DNA from: Catajapyx aquilonaris
Lineage: Eukaryota
Reading direction: 5' to 3'
Length of the DNA stretch: 23,191 bases
Assembly: GCA_000934665.2 (NCBI GenBank)
Contig: KZ538310.1
Location: 62,001-85,191, forward strand
Positions 1 to 11,224 of this stretch are shown here, in pieces. The notes below the pieces were generated by a model. That model searched no databases, was not told where the DNA came from, and saw only the letters and a list, made by a program, of their open reading frames with translations. Position numbers and translations under genes: made by a program. The first letter of the stretch is position 1; each line of letters starts with the position of its first letter.

Positions 1-3000
1 TTCGCGCACGCAATCCTGCGCAAGCATCCAATGGCGACGGATAGCATGTTCCATACTGTCAGTCTCTGGCGAAAAAATCAACAATTATAACGAAAAACGC
101 AAAGCGTATGCGTCAGTCATGTTGATGTTATACTGTATGTTATAATTAATTGATGTCCACACAAGCGATCTTCATGCTCATACACATAGGGCATGGGATG
201 CAGTCATAGTTCTAGTTTGTTTTCCGTACGTTTTGTCGTCGGGCACCGTATAGGGGACATAAAGTCTCGATTAACTAGCTCTGACCGGACTCTGGAGGTC
301 AGGTCACGCGTCACTCAGACGACATCACCGCGGGAGTAAAAGCACCCAAAGCAACCATTAAAAACCCACAACCTGATAAGTCTGAGTATACTGCATAATA
401 CACCCGTAACCCTTCCCGTCCTCATACACTAATGTGACTATTAAACTGCCTCGCTACCGAGAACGGAAATCGAGACCTTACCCCAATGCGCGATATCAAC
501 GAGTTGTTAATTAATTTCATTCTAGGATCTCGCTTCCTATGGCCTATATATGAATACCTGCGGGCGGCAATTACTGCTGGGCCCAAACTAAGGAATTGTA
601 AATCACCGCCAAGTACACAACTAACTTTGCGGCATGATGACACAGGGAATTATTGGGCAATTACAAGGCGGTCTGCCACCCAACTTCAAATAATGCTGCG
701 CTCTAAATATACATAGATGCGTGCTCATACTAGCCAAATAGCTACTAAATGTTCACGATGTAATTAATGTAGGCGTTTCAACCATGGTCAACCTGTAAAC
801 CATAATTAATATTCTTCGAGCCACAGCACACGCCCCATTTCTAACGCCACTGTTCAAAGTTAAACGTAGCTTTGAACTACGTTCAGCTATCATTCGTTTT
901 CTAACCGCAAATGAACACGTTCGAATGTTCAAAGGGGACTTACACAACCATTGGTACCGGTCGGTACAGTGCAACCGTGGTTTAACCCACAGTCCGAGAA
1001 ATCTGGTATCAAGACTATACAAAGTGGTATACGTAGTACTCGTACAGTACATTCCACCGTTTATTTACAGAGCTTTCTTACACACTGTGACAAGTGTTGC
1101 CTTTGCATAGGCAATGCAGCAGAACACCGAAATAACCTTTCAACGTCAGGTGCGTGGGCATCGAATCGATCTTGTACTGTACCGATTTATAGCCACATAT
1201 GCTGTACGTCCAGTCGTGCATACCTTCCTGACAACCCACATGTATTGGTCATGTTTATGCAACCTCTGATCTATATTTGAGGTTACAGGGTCCCTCCCAA
1301 ATAGACTGCATTAAAACTAAATTGCCTTTGAAACGTTTGAGATGAACTAGTTTCATTCGCGTCGCTCCAGGCTGCGTAGAATTTTTTGTTATCCAAACCG
1401 ACATTATTCAGTGCGAAAAATTACCCTGCGAGCATGTAATCAATGCACGCACCGCACTGTTACCAACACCCACGTTGTCACGTCAGTTGCGACAGCATCT
1501 CATAAAGCAGTAACCTTATATGACCACTTCCGCTGGTGTAAGCAACACGCACAACACACAAACACTTCATAGTATGGCCCAAGAAATAGTTGTCATTTTC
1601 CTCTGAAATACTTGTCCCCAGCATGGAAAAATTCGTAAACTCATCCTGTCCCTCCCGCAACACTTGAGCCTCTATTATTCGCCGACATGTATAAGTTACA
1701 GGGGTAAAAAAATATATATATTCCTCGCGACTTCGGTAGGCGAAGCGTTCTGCTTTAAGACGCTTATCCAATACATTGAGTACAGTGCGGATTATTGCGA
1801 ATCGTGATGGCTCCAGTCAAGAGCAGTCGGGCACGTAAGACAGAAGTTTGCCTTTAATGTGCCACGATTTTTCTCACGAGGATCCCAAGTCGAGCCATTC
1901 CAGCACAGATTATCATGAGGCGATGTGTTTTATAACTGCTATTACGCCATGAATATTAACACCCCATTTAAATAATGCATCCAGGCGTCATATGGACGTG
2001 AATGCAAAAGGCGTATTGTGGCTAGCTATATTGCGCATAACGTTCCGTTTATTCACAATGGCCGGGGGCGAAGCTGATGCCTTTGCTGAAAACTGAGAGC
2101 CGTTCTAAAGTTGTGCCAGATGGAATCCATAACGGAGAGCACATTATTTCTTCTGGTCAACTAAGCCGATCGATTCTACATCATTTCTGGTCACGGTTAT
2201 CGTGTTCCACTACCTATGAAAAGCGCTAGCAAGTGGTCTTCATAAGTCGATACGGACCGAATATTCGTGGCTAAGAATACCCTGAAAGGAATACCACCCA
2301 GTTGCTCAATGTCGGAGAGAGATTTTCCCAAAGGTGAATGCGTCACCACAGTTGTCATACCATGTTAATACGTTATGACTGCATATGCCCGCCTTCAAAT
2401 ATTCAGTCTCCGCCTACTCTAATTAGTCTATTTCCGAGAGAGCGAGTAGAGTTAACCTAACCGATGACTGCACGACCGCAAATAAAATGACATTTGAAAG
2501 TTCCTATATACATGACGCGCGACGGTCCCCCGTTTTCAAAAAAATCTCCGATATCGCCCCTGAAACTTTTTCAATACCACGGCAACCTTGCTCTTGACCG
2601 ATCACGCAAAACTCAACTCACGAAAATGATGGCATCTCCCCACTGACCCCTCCGATGCCACCCGATCTCTCCTTGATTAGTCTGAAATTTATGTCGCGTG
2701 ACGAAGGTCCGTACCTGTCGCAAGCCATGGCGACTCGGTCCAACCTATACCCCCCGGACCCAAGCTTTAGAATTTGTTCATTTTCTTCCGTGGCGTCACA
2801 GCGTAACTCCACGCCACCTTCTGCTAGCTACAATACCATCCATTCTCGTAAACACTCCTTCCAGCCGCGATTCGCTATCAGATACACACCGCAGCCTATA
2901 TATCATCGCTGTTCTCTACACAGCTGCACCGTGGCCAACAAGGGCATGTCCTTAGACTAGAAGGGTAAACATTGAACCTGGTCCGCTTCCGTGAGCTCAG
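1..3000 (-). pseudogene. RNA-dependent RNA polymerase pseudogene, totivirus-like, with multiple stops and frameshifts
   Basis: Motifs read 5'->3' on the minus strand: RVAYTSGS (1549-1526, cf. RWxWxxxGS); KHDQYMWVVRKVCTTGRTAYV (1256-1194, cf. KxExGKxRAIYGTDxTSYV); DFSDCGLNH (1003-977, cf. motif A DF/YxDFNxxH); GLQVDHG*NAYINYIVN (801-751, cf. motif B TLxSGxRxTxFxNxxLN, same spacing); CVLGGD (619-602, GDD with one A>G change); AHWGKVSISVLGSE (K at 479-477, motif D/E region); VYEDGKGYG (429-403). Consensus motifs are recalled, not searched. Confidence 0.7.
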
Positions 3001-3003
3001 TTG

Positions 3004-4665
3004 TCACGCAATGTCGCCTTCAAGTATACTGTACAAGGCGGCCAAAAACAGGAAGACAATCGGTTCTGATAAAACGTCAATGACTTGTAAGCTGGCCAAA
3101 GATTGAATAAATAGGAAAGCTGGCTTTGGAAATGCCCCAAAACGTTTCTTTTGTTCTTGCTCGACGCCAGCACCTGGCGATAATCCCCCAAAGGCCTTTG
3201 GTACGGGCGTTGATTCTTGTGACATATTATTGGCATCCCAAAGCTCCTGGCCGATCGATCCGCCACACTGACTATACACAAACATTGGATGCCTGGAAGC
3301 CGTCCAACTCGACATGTATAATTCTGTTATCCCCACCCTAAATAAGGTTTCACTCTCGGCCAAAAGGTTGGCTAGAATTGGGTGGAACTCAAAAAACAAT
3401 TGACTTGGCCCGTGTCTCGAGTTATATCCAGTGCAGACCTCCTTGAAAGGGATAAGGGGGCGTAGATGGCCGGAAAAAGAACGAGTTTGTCGAGTGGAAA
3501 AAAGGGCCGAAAACACAGTGCGGCGCAGGCTTCCTTTTCGTTCAATATTAACTGCATCCATTATAAATGCTCTGCTCAGCCGTGATGTCTCTCCTAAATT
3601 TTACACCCATCCCTGTAAGTCATCATTTCCTAATGCCAACCCTTTACCCTGCAGCGTAGAAATGACTAGCGCTTTATAAAAAAAAGAATAATTTTCTACT
3701 GGCTCAAAAATGGCCTCGAGCCAATGACGTAATCCCTACTACTGGCTCAAGCTGGCCTTGAGCCGATGACGTCACACAGTCCTTCTTCGGACACAAATCT
3801 GGCCTGGTCGTTACCTCTGCAGCTCAGCATGGATCATCGCCATGATTTCCCCAGAGACTCCAAAACTTGATGAACACTCCGCAGGTACAACTGGCTTCCG
3901 CACTCGCTTGACCACCACTGCCGACCTCAATTTTCCAGTAACATTATCAGGGTTCGAGACCCCCTGGTTGTTGACAAGTAAGGCTTCGATCCCAACATCT
4001 TGTATATCCTCGAAGGTGAACGTTACCGATATTTACCTATATCCGCCTCTCTTTTCCCTTCCGCTTCTCGAATGTGTACTGTAACCGGCCCATTTTCCTC
4101 CCACGTGTATCCTTGAGTGTAAAAACGCCGTATAGGCACCAGCCATTTGTTTCAAGTGCCCCACGAGCCATTTTGAAAATAAAAAAGCGGGCGAGGGGAC
4201 CTCCTGCAGCTGGGCCATTTCCCAGCACTCAGCAAACTGATGGATAACCGTTCTAACGATCGTATTGTCGTACCATAACGGATTCGTGTCAGGCAGGAAT
4301 GTGCCTGTAAAAATGCGGGGGCCGATATTCTGTAAATACACCTCCAAAGCTTCTAGTCCATGCCCCTTTAAAACCCAGCTGCAAATAAGGGCTCTCATAT
4401 TGTCCGCAGCGCGACTGGTGTAAACAACGTAAGTGTCATGCTGCACATCCGCAGCCAGTCCTTTGGACCCTAATGTGCTACTTACTCCACGGAAAACGTG
4501 ATCCCCTGACCTGTGTCCATAATTATGAACTTGGGCCAATTCGGACATTGCATCAATAAATAGACCGGAAGCGCTGTAATCTACGATGCAAGTGACTGGA
4601 TTACGTATTAAAACGACAGCACTTTGCAACCGACAGCCTGAAACTGATTCAATCATGGGTATCAT
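3004..4665 (-). pseudogene. Disrupted large ORF in the capsid (Gag) position of the viral element
   Basis: Track ORFs 4033..4665 (210 aa) and 3004..3561 (185 aa) share one frame. The region from 4035 down to 3562 has stops only at 4033-35, 3811-13, 3772-74, 3739-41, 3736-38 and 3601-03, against ~26 expected at 3/64 for 554 random codons. A Gly/Pro/Ala-rich patch lies near the end (STPVPKAFGGLSPGAG). Capsid identity is inferred from position only. Confidence 0.55.
3696..3774. repeat. Two-copy ~42-43 bp imperfect tandem repeat, each copy containing a palindrome and a TGACGT motif
   Basis: ctactggctcaaaaatggcctcgagccaatgacgtaa (3696-3732) vs ctactggctcaagctggccttgagccgatgacgtca (3739-3774). Copy 2 has the perfect inverted repeat GGCTCAAG-n5-CTTGAGCC. 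Confidence 0.85.
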
Positions 4666-6598
4666 TACGTACGATATATTGCAGATTCACAACCACATCT
4701 CCCGTGGCGTCCACGTGCCGGTCATGTACATTATCTAATGACTTCCCACCTGGAACACTTTCTATATCGCCACAGGGTAGACGGCAAAATAAGTCACCCC
4801 CCCCCCCCCCCCAACAGTGCCCGCATTGCGAAAGTTACTACACTGCATTAGTTGTTTACAAGTTGGCCGCACAAAGCCCGCACGCTTCATTGACTCCCTT
4901 CAATGACCAAGGTTGCACCACCGGAGCTGGCTACCAAACTTCATTTGTTTCACATCTCGGTACAGTACAGCTGCACACTGATGTAACCCAACGCGTCATC
5001 ACCGCCCCCTTAATCGGACATCGGCTATTTCACGGAAATCGGTGCAGAGACCCCACAACACAAAGGAATTGCCCGCTTCCTTTTAAAACATCAACTTTGA
5101 CCTTGCCCTTGTCCAGAAGAGTCCGTTACACTTAAATAATCAAGCAGCAGTGACCACCAAGTCACTCAACCCAAAGGTGAAGGCAATGTCGGCTCGAATA
5201 CGTAATACCCTCACTGATTTGGCTTCGGTACAAAATGCAGTAAAAGTTACCGTGTGCTGGCAAGTAGTCTCTCCATTACTATCCTATTGTTGTTCTCTCT
5301 CCAAATACTTTTTTTTAATGTAATATGCAGGGACGTGCCACGGCACCGCACGCCAAATCCTAAATGTGCCAAAACTATCAATCGCCATGGTTGAAATATA
5401 TCAAGAAGTGGGGGAGAGGCGGAGAGAGGTGGGGGTACAAAATGCATCTGTGTGCTTGACCTGTACAAAGTGCAATGACGGACATGGGGGAGAGGGGGGG
5501 GGCAGAAGACAAATCATACGGTTGTGAACCCATCGAGGTGACTGGCTGATGACATATCACAGGCTGTCAATACGTCTATTCCTGAGCTAATTTATGCCCA
5601 TGTGAATGACCTGCCAAGCAAACACACCAGGCGTATATGTAGATTACCATTTTTTAAAAAAACTCCAGGGTTTATCTCTGGTCAGTCATCAGGATTGAAT
5701 TATCCTATACCGACCCTCCCGCCATCAGCCTTGTTTTTTTGGGGGAGAATTTTCTTTTTCTTTTTTAATTTAGAGGCGCCGCCGGTATGGCACAGATAGT
5801 CTCTTTGTAAACAACGACCCCGAGCTTGCTGTCACGTGTGAAAAATGCAGGCTGATTCGTAATGAATATGTTTTTATGATCGAGGGGGCAAATGTCAAGC
5901 TGGGTTCAAAACATGCAGCTGGTGCGCACTGCTCGGCTTGACGCCTTTTATCGGGCCGAAAAAATAATAATTGTCATCCATTTACACCCATTTTTGTATA
6001 GCCTACTCGTGGTTTTGCAGATTCCGCAATTTTTTACGGGCGATAGTTTAATATCCGGTGTACACTGTCAATAAATTAAAGCCTTGCGTCACCTTAAACC
6101 ATCGGCGTATTAAATCCATACTGAACTTGTGCCAAGCAAGATTCCGATTCTTAAATCTGGCTTATAGTCTGCACAGAAATAAGATGTTTCTTCCCTTGGG
6201 TTCTAGTCCAAAATAGACTGCTGTAAACTGTGCATTTTTATGTAATGCATATTTTTAGGCGCAATCGAAGTACCTTGCATCTTGTTATTGGGAGGCGTGA
6301 CGTCACCATATGTGCCTATTTAGTGATTTCTCATTCAGTTCGTAGTCTTCGTACTGTACCGGCCTTCAGAGTGCAACGTCATTTCTTATCAAATGAACGT
6401 ATGCTATTCAGTGCAGACGTGTTGAAAGACCCGTACAATGCCCCGATAAAAAATGCAGCATAGGTCACAAACAATACACTTATCAAGGAATATGAGTCCG
6501 CTCGATTGCATACTGTGGAGTGTGCCTATAGGTGTAAGCTGCAGATCTTCTAACGCTATAAACTCTAGTAATTACACGATGTCATTCGTTTTGTTCAA

Positions 6599-6600
<2 letters not shown>

Positions 6601-6664
<64 letters not shown>
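6601..6664. repeat. (AAT)n microsatellite, the SINE tail
   Basis: About 21 perfect AAT units, read directly. Confidence 0.98.
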
Positions 6665-6667
<3 letters not shown>

Positions 6668-6946
6668 TATCTTACCCCGTTATCAGCATTTTTCGGCTCT
6701 TTATAGGGGGGATTTTTGTTTTGTCTGGAACTCTTGCGTACATTTTTACTTTGCTTTTTGGGATAGGATACGGAAGGAAGGAGGCGGCTGTGGCCTATTA
6801 ATTTAGGAAACAACTCCGGAATACTCCTGGAGGGACCGTGTGAAACCACAGAAAACCACGGTTAGAGTTGCCGGCCCCGGGGCTCGAACCCAGGACCTCC
6901 CGATTAGCAGTCGGACCCTATAGCCACTCCACCACACTGCTTCGGT
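6603..6946 (-). mobile_element. Full-length tRNA-derived SINE with (TTA)n tail and 15-bp TSD
   Basis: Minus-strand A box TGGTGGAGTGG (6934-6924) and B box GGTTCGAGCC (6890-6881), a body, and a (TTA)n tail. The identical direct repeat GTTTTGTTCAAATAT lies at 6588-6602 and 6947-6961. Confidence 0.92.
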
Positions 6947-9900
6947 GTTTTGTTCAAATATTGTTTTGGCCGGGTTAAAATGTTGTTCTGGCCGAGTTGG
7001 CGAAATTCCCCGCATCAATGGAATCGCCCATTTTCGGCTGCACTAAAATCCGCATCAGAAAAAGCCACCGAGATATACGTACCTTCCCATTCTATCCGCA
7101 GATTTCTATAATTGACCGCCAAAGTAGCCGTGTAACCAGATTAAGTGTGGATGATGCCAGGGCGTGAGGTGAGATAATGTCCCATTTAAAAGGATAGTCG
7201 GAGGAACACAATCTCATTTAACTCAACGCTTTGATAGGTCTGCATGCATCCCGCAGGCCCCCAGGCTCTGCAACCATCAGTGGCGCTCGATTCATGAAAG
7301 AACTGCTCTGCTCGAGATAAATGAAGGGCTTACTGATGGAACAGCCAACCTCATTCTTTTGCGGATTTTATTCAAACATCATTTTTTATAATTCCACTCA
7401 GAATGTCAGAACAGGAGGAATTTTGCTTGATTTGCCCCAGAAACTGCACAATAAGCTACACTGTGAGAGATAAACTACTGACATCTGTGTAACCTACAAT
7501 ATTCATATAGCCTACATATTGGTGGCCAGAAGGACGTGTGCAATACAGGCTGCTAAACTTTGAACATGCCCTAGTTCATATTGACTGCAGATTTCTGGCA
7601 CAATCGTATATACTCATGTAGACAGTGCGTGGACAACACGATGCAAACTATAGGCTACTCGTGCAATAACAAGTATAGGCCTATAAGAATTGTACATATA
7701 AAATACCACGAGGCTATAAAGATATGCCAAGTGGAAGTGTCAGCAAATATGCACCAAAGACTGTGATTCAACAGTTGACTACTTGCAACAATTAATCAAT
7801 CAGTAGGTCGATTACTGAACCTTACAGTCATTTTGAACCTCTATACCCATTCATCTAGTGTTGCGCACTAGCACCTTCTCCTGTAATAGTATTCGCAATT
7901 ACACCACCTACATTAGTGGACCTCTCCATCAATTAATCTTCATTTAATCCTAAAATGGCTCGGAAGCTGCCACTTAGAATTTGTAACGAATTAATGGCCT
8001 CCTGACCACCACAACCCCCATATAACCGCCAGCACATACAGCTCGTCACCACAGAGTGCCATATCCGTCCAAAACAGCGACTCTACAATATTTCAGCTAT
8101 CTTTTTTGCCCCTTCCCGGCATTTTGCCCAACCTGGCAGTTTTACAGAAATCAACGGGCCTGATTACGCAACAGCTCGCAAGCGACCTACATGCTACAGG
8201 GGCCCAAACAAGCGCTCACACCTTCGCAACCCATTATTGTGCTATGTGAACGAATGCAAATGGCAGTTGCCAAACGCATAATTGCAACCCCTTTAATCGA
8301 AACGCAATTTCTACATTTAAAAAGGTTGGGTGCTCATAACAAGTCGCCCACTTGTTGTAATCTGAATCATACGTGGCCCTATATCTAACGGTATTCAGAT
8401 TACTATGATTTTTTTTTTTTTTAAATGAATCTTATCTAGCGTGTCGACATGAACAAGGTACTTCTTCCTGATTTCTTTTCTTTCGTTCTGGCAATAAGCG
8501 TGCGGGGCGAGGGACGTTAAAAGGAGCGACGAAACTTATCTAGATTGCAGATCCGCAGGTGGTGCAATCTCACAAAAAGCACACATAGGCCTACTATAGC
8601 TGCTATGCAGAGATGGATCGATAAAACCTACACTGTAAGAAGGCACACAACTGACTCATTAGGAGCACACGTTTGCAGGATTTCCGATGAGTGCACCCCC
8701 AATAATATTTCGGGTATGACATGTGCATGCAAAATCCATGGGGGAGGAGAGGGGGATCCCATGATCGATCGTAGTTCGCGTTATGCTGTTCACTATTGGC
8801 TGTGTTACATCCCTCTGCATATTCACAAGCACGTTATTTTCGGCTGGAGGATTATTTATAAGACAACGTGTACTGTAAAACAAGCTGCCAATATTGGGTT
8901 TGAGAATTTATCATGTGACGTCACTGACCGATGGTTCACGAACAGCAGGTGCGAGTGGTGCCTACGTCGCAAAGCTGTCATTGGCTCCTGGCCTTCAAGG
9001 TCAACCGAATACGAGTCATGACATAACAGTTGATCCATTGGGCCATTCGGTTCAAAATCACTTTGGCTATATTGTCACGACTATACTCCGGGAATTACGA
9101 AACCATTTGCATTTACCTATCAAATCAGCAGGAGTACAAGGAGAAACGAATATTTAAACCCCCCACGAGACAGTGAAGTACGAGAGCAATCGTGGTACAA
9201 ACCATTAGAGGAATTGAAAATCCAATATTTATCAAAATAGTAGAGCACGGCCCAGACTAATCAAAATCTGGTGCGAGGCAAGGTTGAGAATTAAAAATAA
9301 CCAACGGAATATGTGGAAAATGTGTGTGTGTGTGTTTTTAAAAAATCACAGTATTTCCCTGGCTGCCACCCTGTCACAAATGACTGCATTTGAAAATACC
9401 AGTGAGAACGGACACTGCACACTACTACAATATTTAACACTGTTCAACGGCGACATGGAAAAGCCATTCCGCAGAGGCATGAAAAATTAATCGCGTGGAT
9501 TTATGTGGTCAAGCATTTTGCGTCATTCTTTTTCTGACACGCCAAACATCGGATTATTGCGGTGAAACAATCCGTCCATAGAGATACACTGCCAGTTACA
9601 CAACTGCACGTCCAAACTGCATCAAGAGACATTAAACCGAATACTAACCTATTCCGTTTTGATGGAAATGACAAAAAATTGGGAACTATACGACAAACAC
9701 TAGAAGTAATAAAAAAAGAACATAAAAAGGGGTTCTCCAGACAGAGAGGCAGCACTAACACAATACATTGCAGTCAAGCAAGCTTTCAAGTATGGGCTAC
9801 AACCCGGGAATGCAATCTATTGATAAGGAGCTAACCACAGCACTTGTTTTAGGCGCCCCTGGGAAGTTTAACGTTTTGTTTATTATTTATTCACTTTGGA

Positions 9901-11148
9901 TGTTCATGTGTGACCACTATGTAGCCTTGACTACAAAATCAAAATCCTTATCTGCATAAGCGGCGCAATTTGCAATGTGTCCTAATTATTTCGCTGATAT
10001 AGCAACCCAGCAATACAACTGTGTCTTTAGTTCTTGTTACGAATTGAGGCAGTGTTATTTTAACTTGCTTTTTCGGCTTTGCAGTTCAAGTAAAGTAGCT
10101 ACCAGATACGGATGGCACTCAAGTTCACAGCTGGAAAGACTTTCCCAGCAGCTACAAAACAACAACATGATGGACAGACTTTTTATGCAGCTTGCTTGAA
10201 TTCTGAAGTTTTATGATAAAAGCACATATGAGCGTCATACATTTTCTGGATACTCTCGCTATTGTCATAGCAACGATCGCCTATGATAGTCGCTGAGTCA
10301 TATTTTGCCACAAGGCCAAGGCAAACTAGTTTCCTGCGTCGAACAGCTGATAACGGGACTATTGAATTAGCAGTCATGTAACATCCATGGACGACTTGTT
10401 GTTCCTTCCTTTGTTTGGCTCTAAAGCGATGAAACCTCCGATTGTTATAATCGGACTTCAAGGAGAACTGTTACTTGGCCACAAAAAAAAACTCTGACAC
10501 TTTAGATAGGCACATAAGTAAACCTGCTCGATATACAGGGTGTTTCTCTCGTTAAGTTGACTACATGCCGAGAGAGGCCGGGAAGAGAATTGATGTCCAT
10601 TCATTAGTCACTCATGATGGGTATAGCATTAGAATTCCAGTCCAGACTCGTAACAAGGTCTGGATCTTCCTCAGTTTACCGTTTTATATTTGTTTACACT
10701 GCCTAGGGTGACTAAGGGACGGTTGTACAGTACCAGCGCAAGGTACAGCTTCGGCCAATCTCTGGCTATGGATCTACTCTTACTACCTTTAATTCATTGA
10801 TGCCAATAATTAATACCAAAGTATACCCATATCTGAAGCTCTATCCGGCCCTAATCCATCAACACCCCCCCCCCCTCCGTGGATTGTCAACTTGAACAGA
10901 CGTACTAAACCCTGTATGATGACACGTTATTCAATAACCACTTTCCTGCACGGTATACTACAATATTACTCTTCCCACTCGGCAAGGTATTATTGTAGTC
11001 ACCGGCACTGCAACAGCGGAGAGCTGCGCAAATTCTCTTACAGTGTAGGTCTAATCTGTATGTACAGAACTCTCGTCCTTAACAATTGATTTTAAAACAT
11101 TGTATTAAATGGCATGTTCCAGATTCTACAACAACAGCAGCAACAATT

Positions 11149-11150
<2 letters not shown>

Positions 11151-11223
<73 letters not shown>
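11151..11223. repeat. (AAT)n microsatellite preceded by short CAA/CAG repeats
   Basis: About 24 perfect units, read directly. Confidence 0.98.

Positions 11224-11224
<1 letters not shown>

Larger units (their letters stand above)
1..5250 (-). other. Degenerate endogenous viral element, toti-like dsRNA virus (Ghabrivirales); ORF1 (capsid position) + ORF2 (RdRp); boundaries approximate, may run off the left edge
   Basis: Intronless, CpG-rich block. Minus-strand translation gives a ~554-codon frame with only 6 internal stops (4665-3004), followed by ordered, eroded RdRp motifs between 1549 and 400. Protein-like broken frames continue to ~5250. Confidence 0.7.

Noticed and set aside
1150..1185. 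QDRFDAH as RdRp motif A
   Set aside because: It resembles DxxRFDAH, but it lies too close to the K..R motif and too far from motif B. DFSDxxxNH at 1003-977 fits the spacing better.
486..5135. Plus-strand ORFs within the viral element (e.g. 951..1280, 2655..2960, 4704..5135)
   Set aside because: They have no recognisable motifs and are best explained as antisense shadows of the minus-strand coding relic.
6453..6849. Poly-N/poly-Y ORFs (and poly-N/poly-I ORFs at 11086-11377)
   Set aside because: These are artefacts of translating (AAT)n microsatellites.
6864..6946. tRNA gene (also 16561-16640)
   Set aside because: A and B boxes are present, but there is no proper cloverleaf or acceptor stem. 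Both are followed by a SINE body and tail and flanked by TSDs.
10533..10916. Mariner-like TA|CAGGGTGTTTC end pairing with AAACCCTG|TA
   Set aside because: The match is too short and degenerate to define an element.
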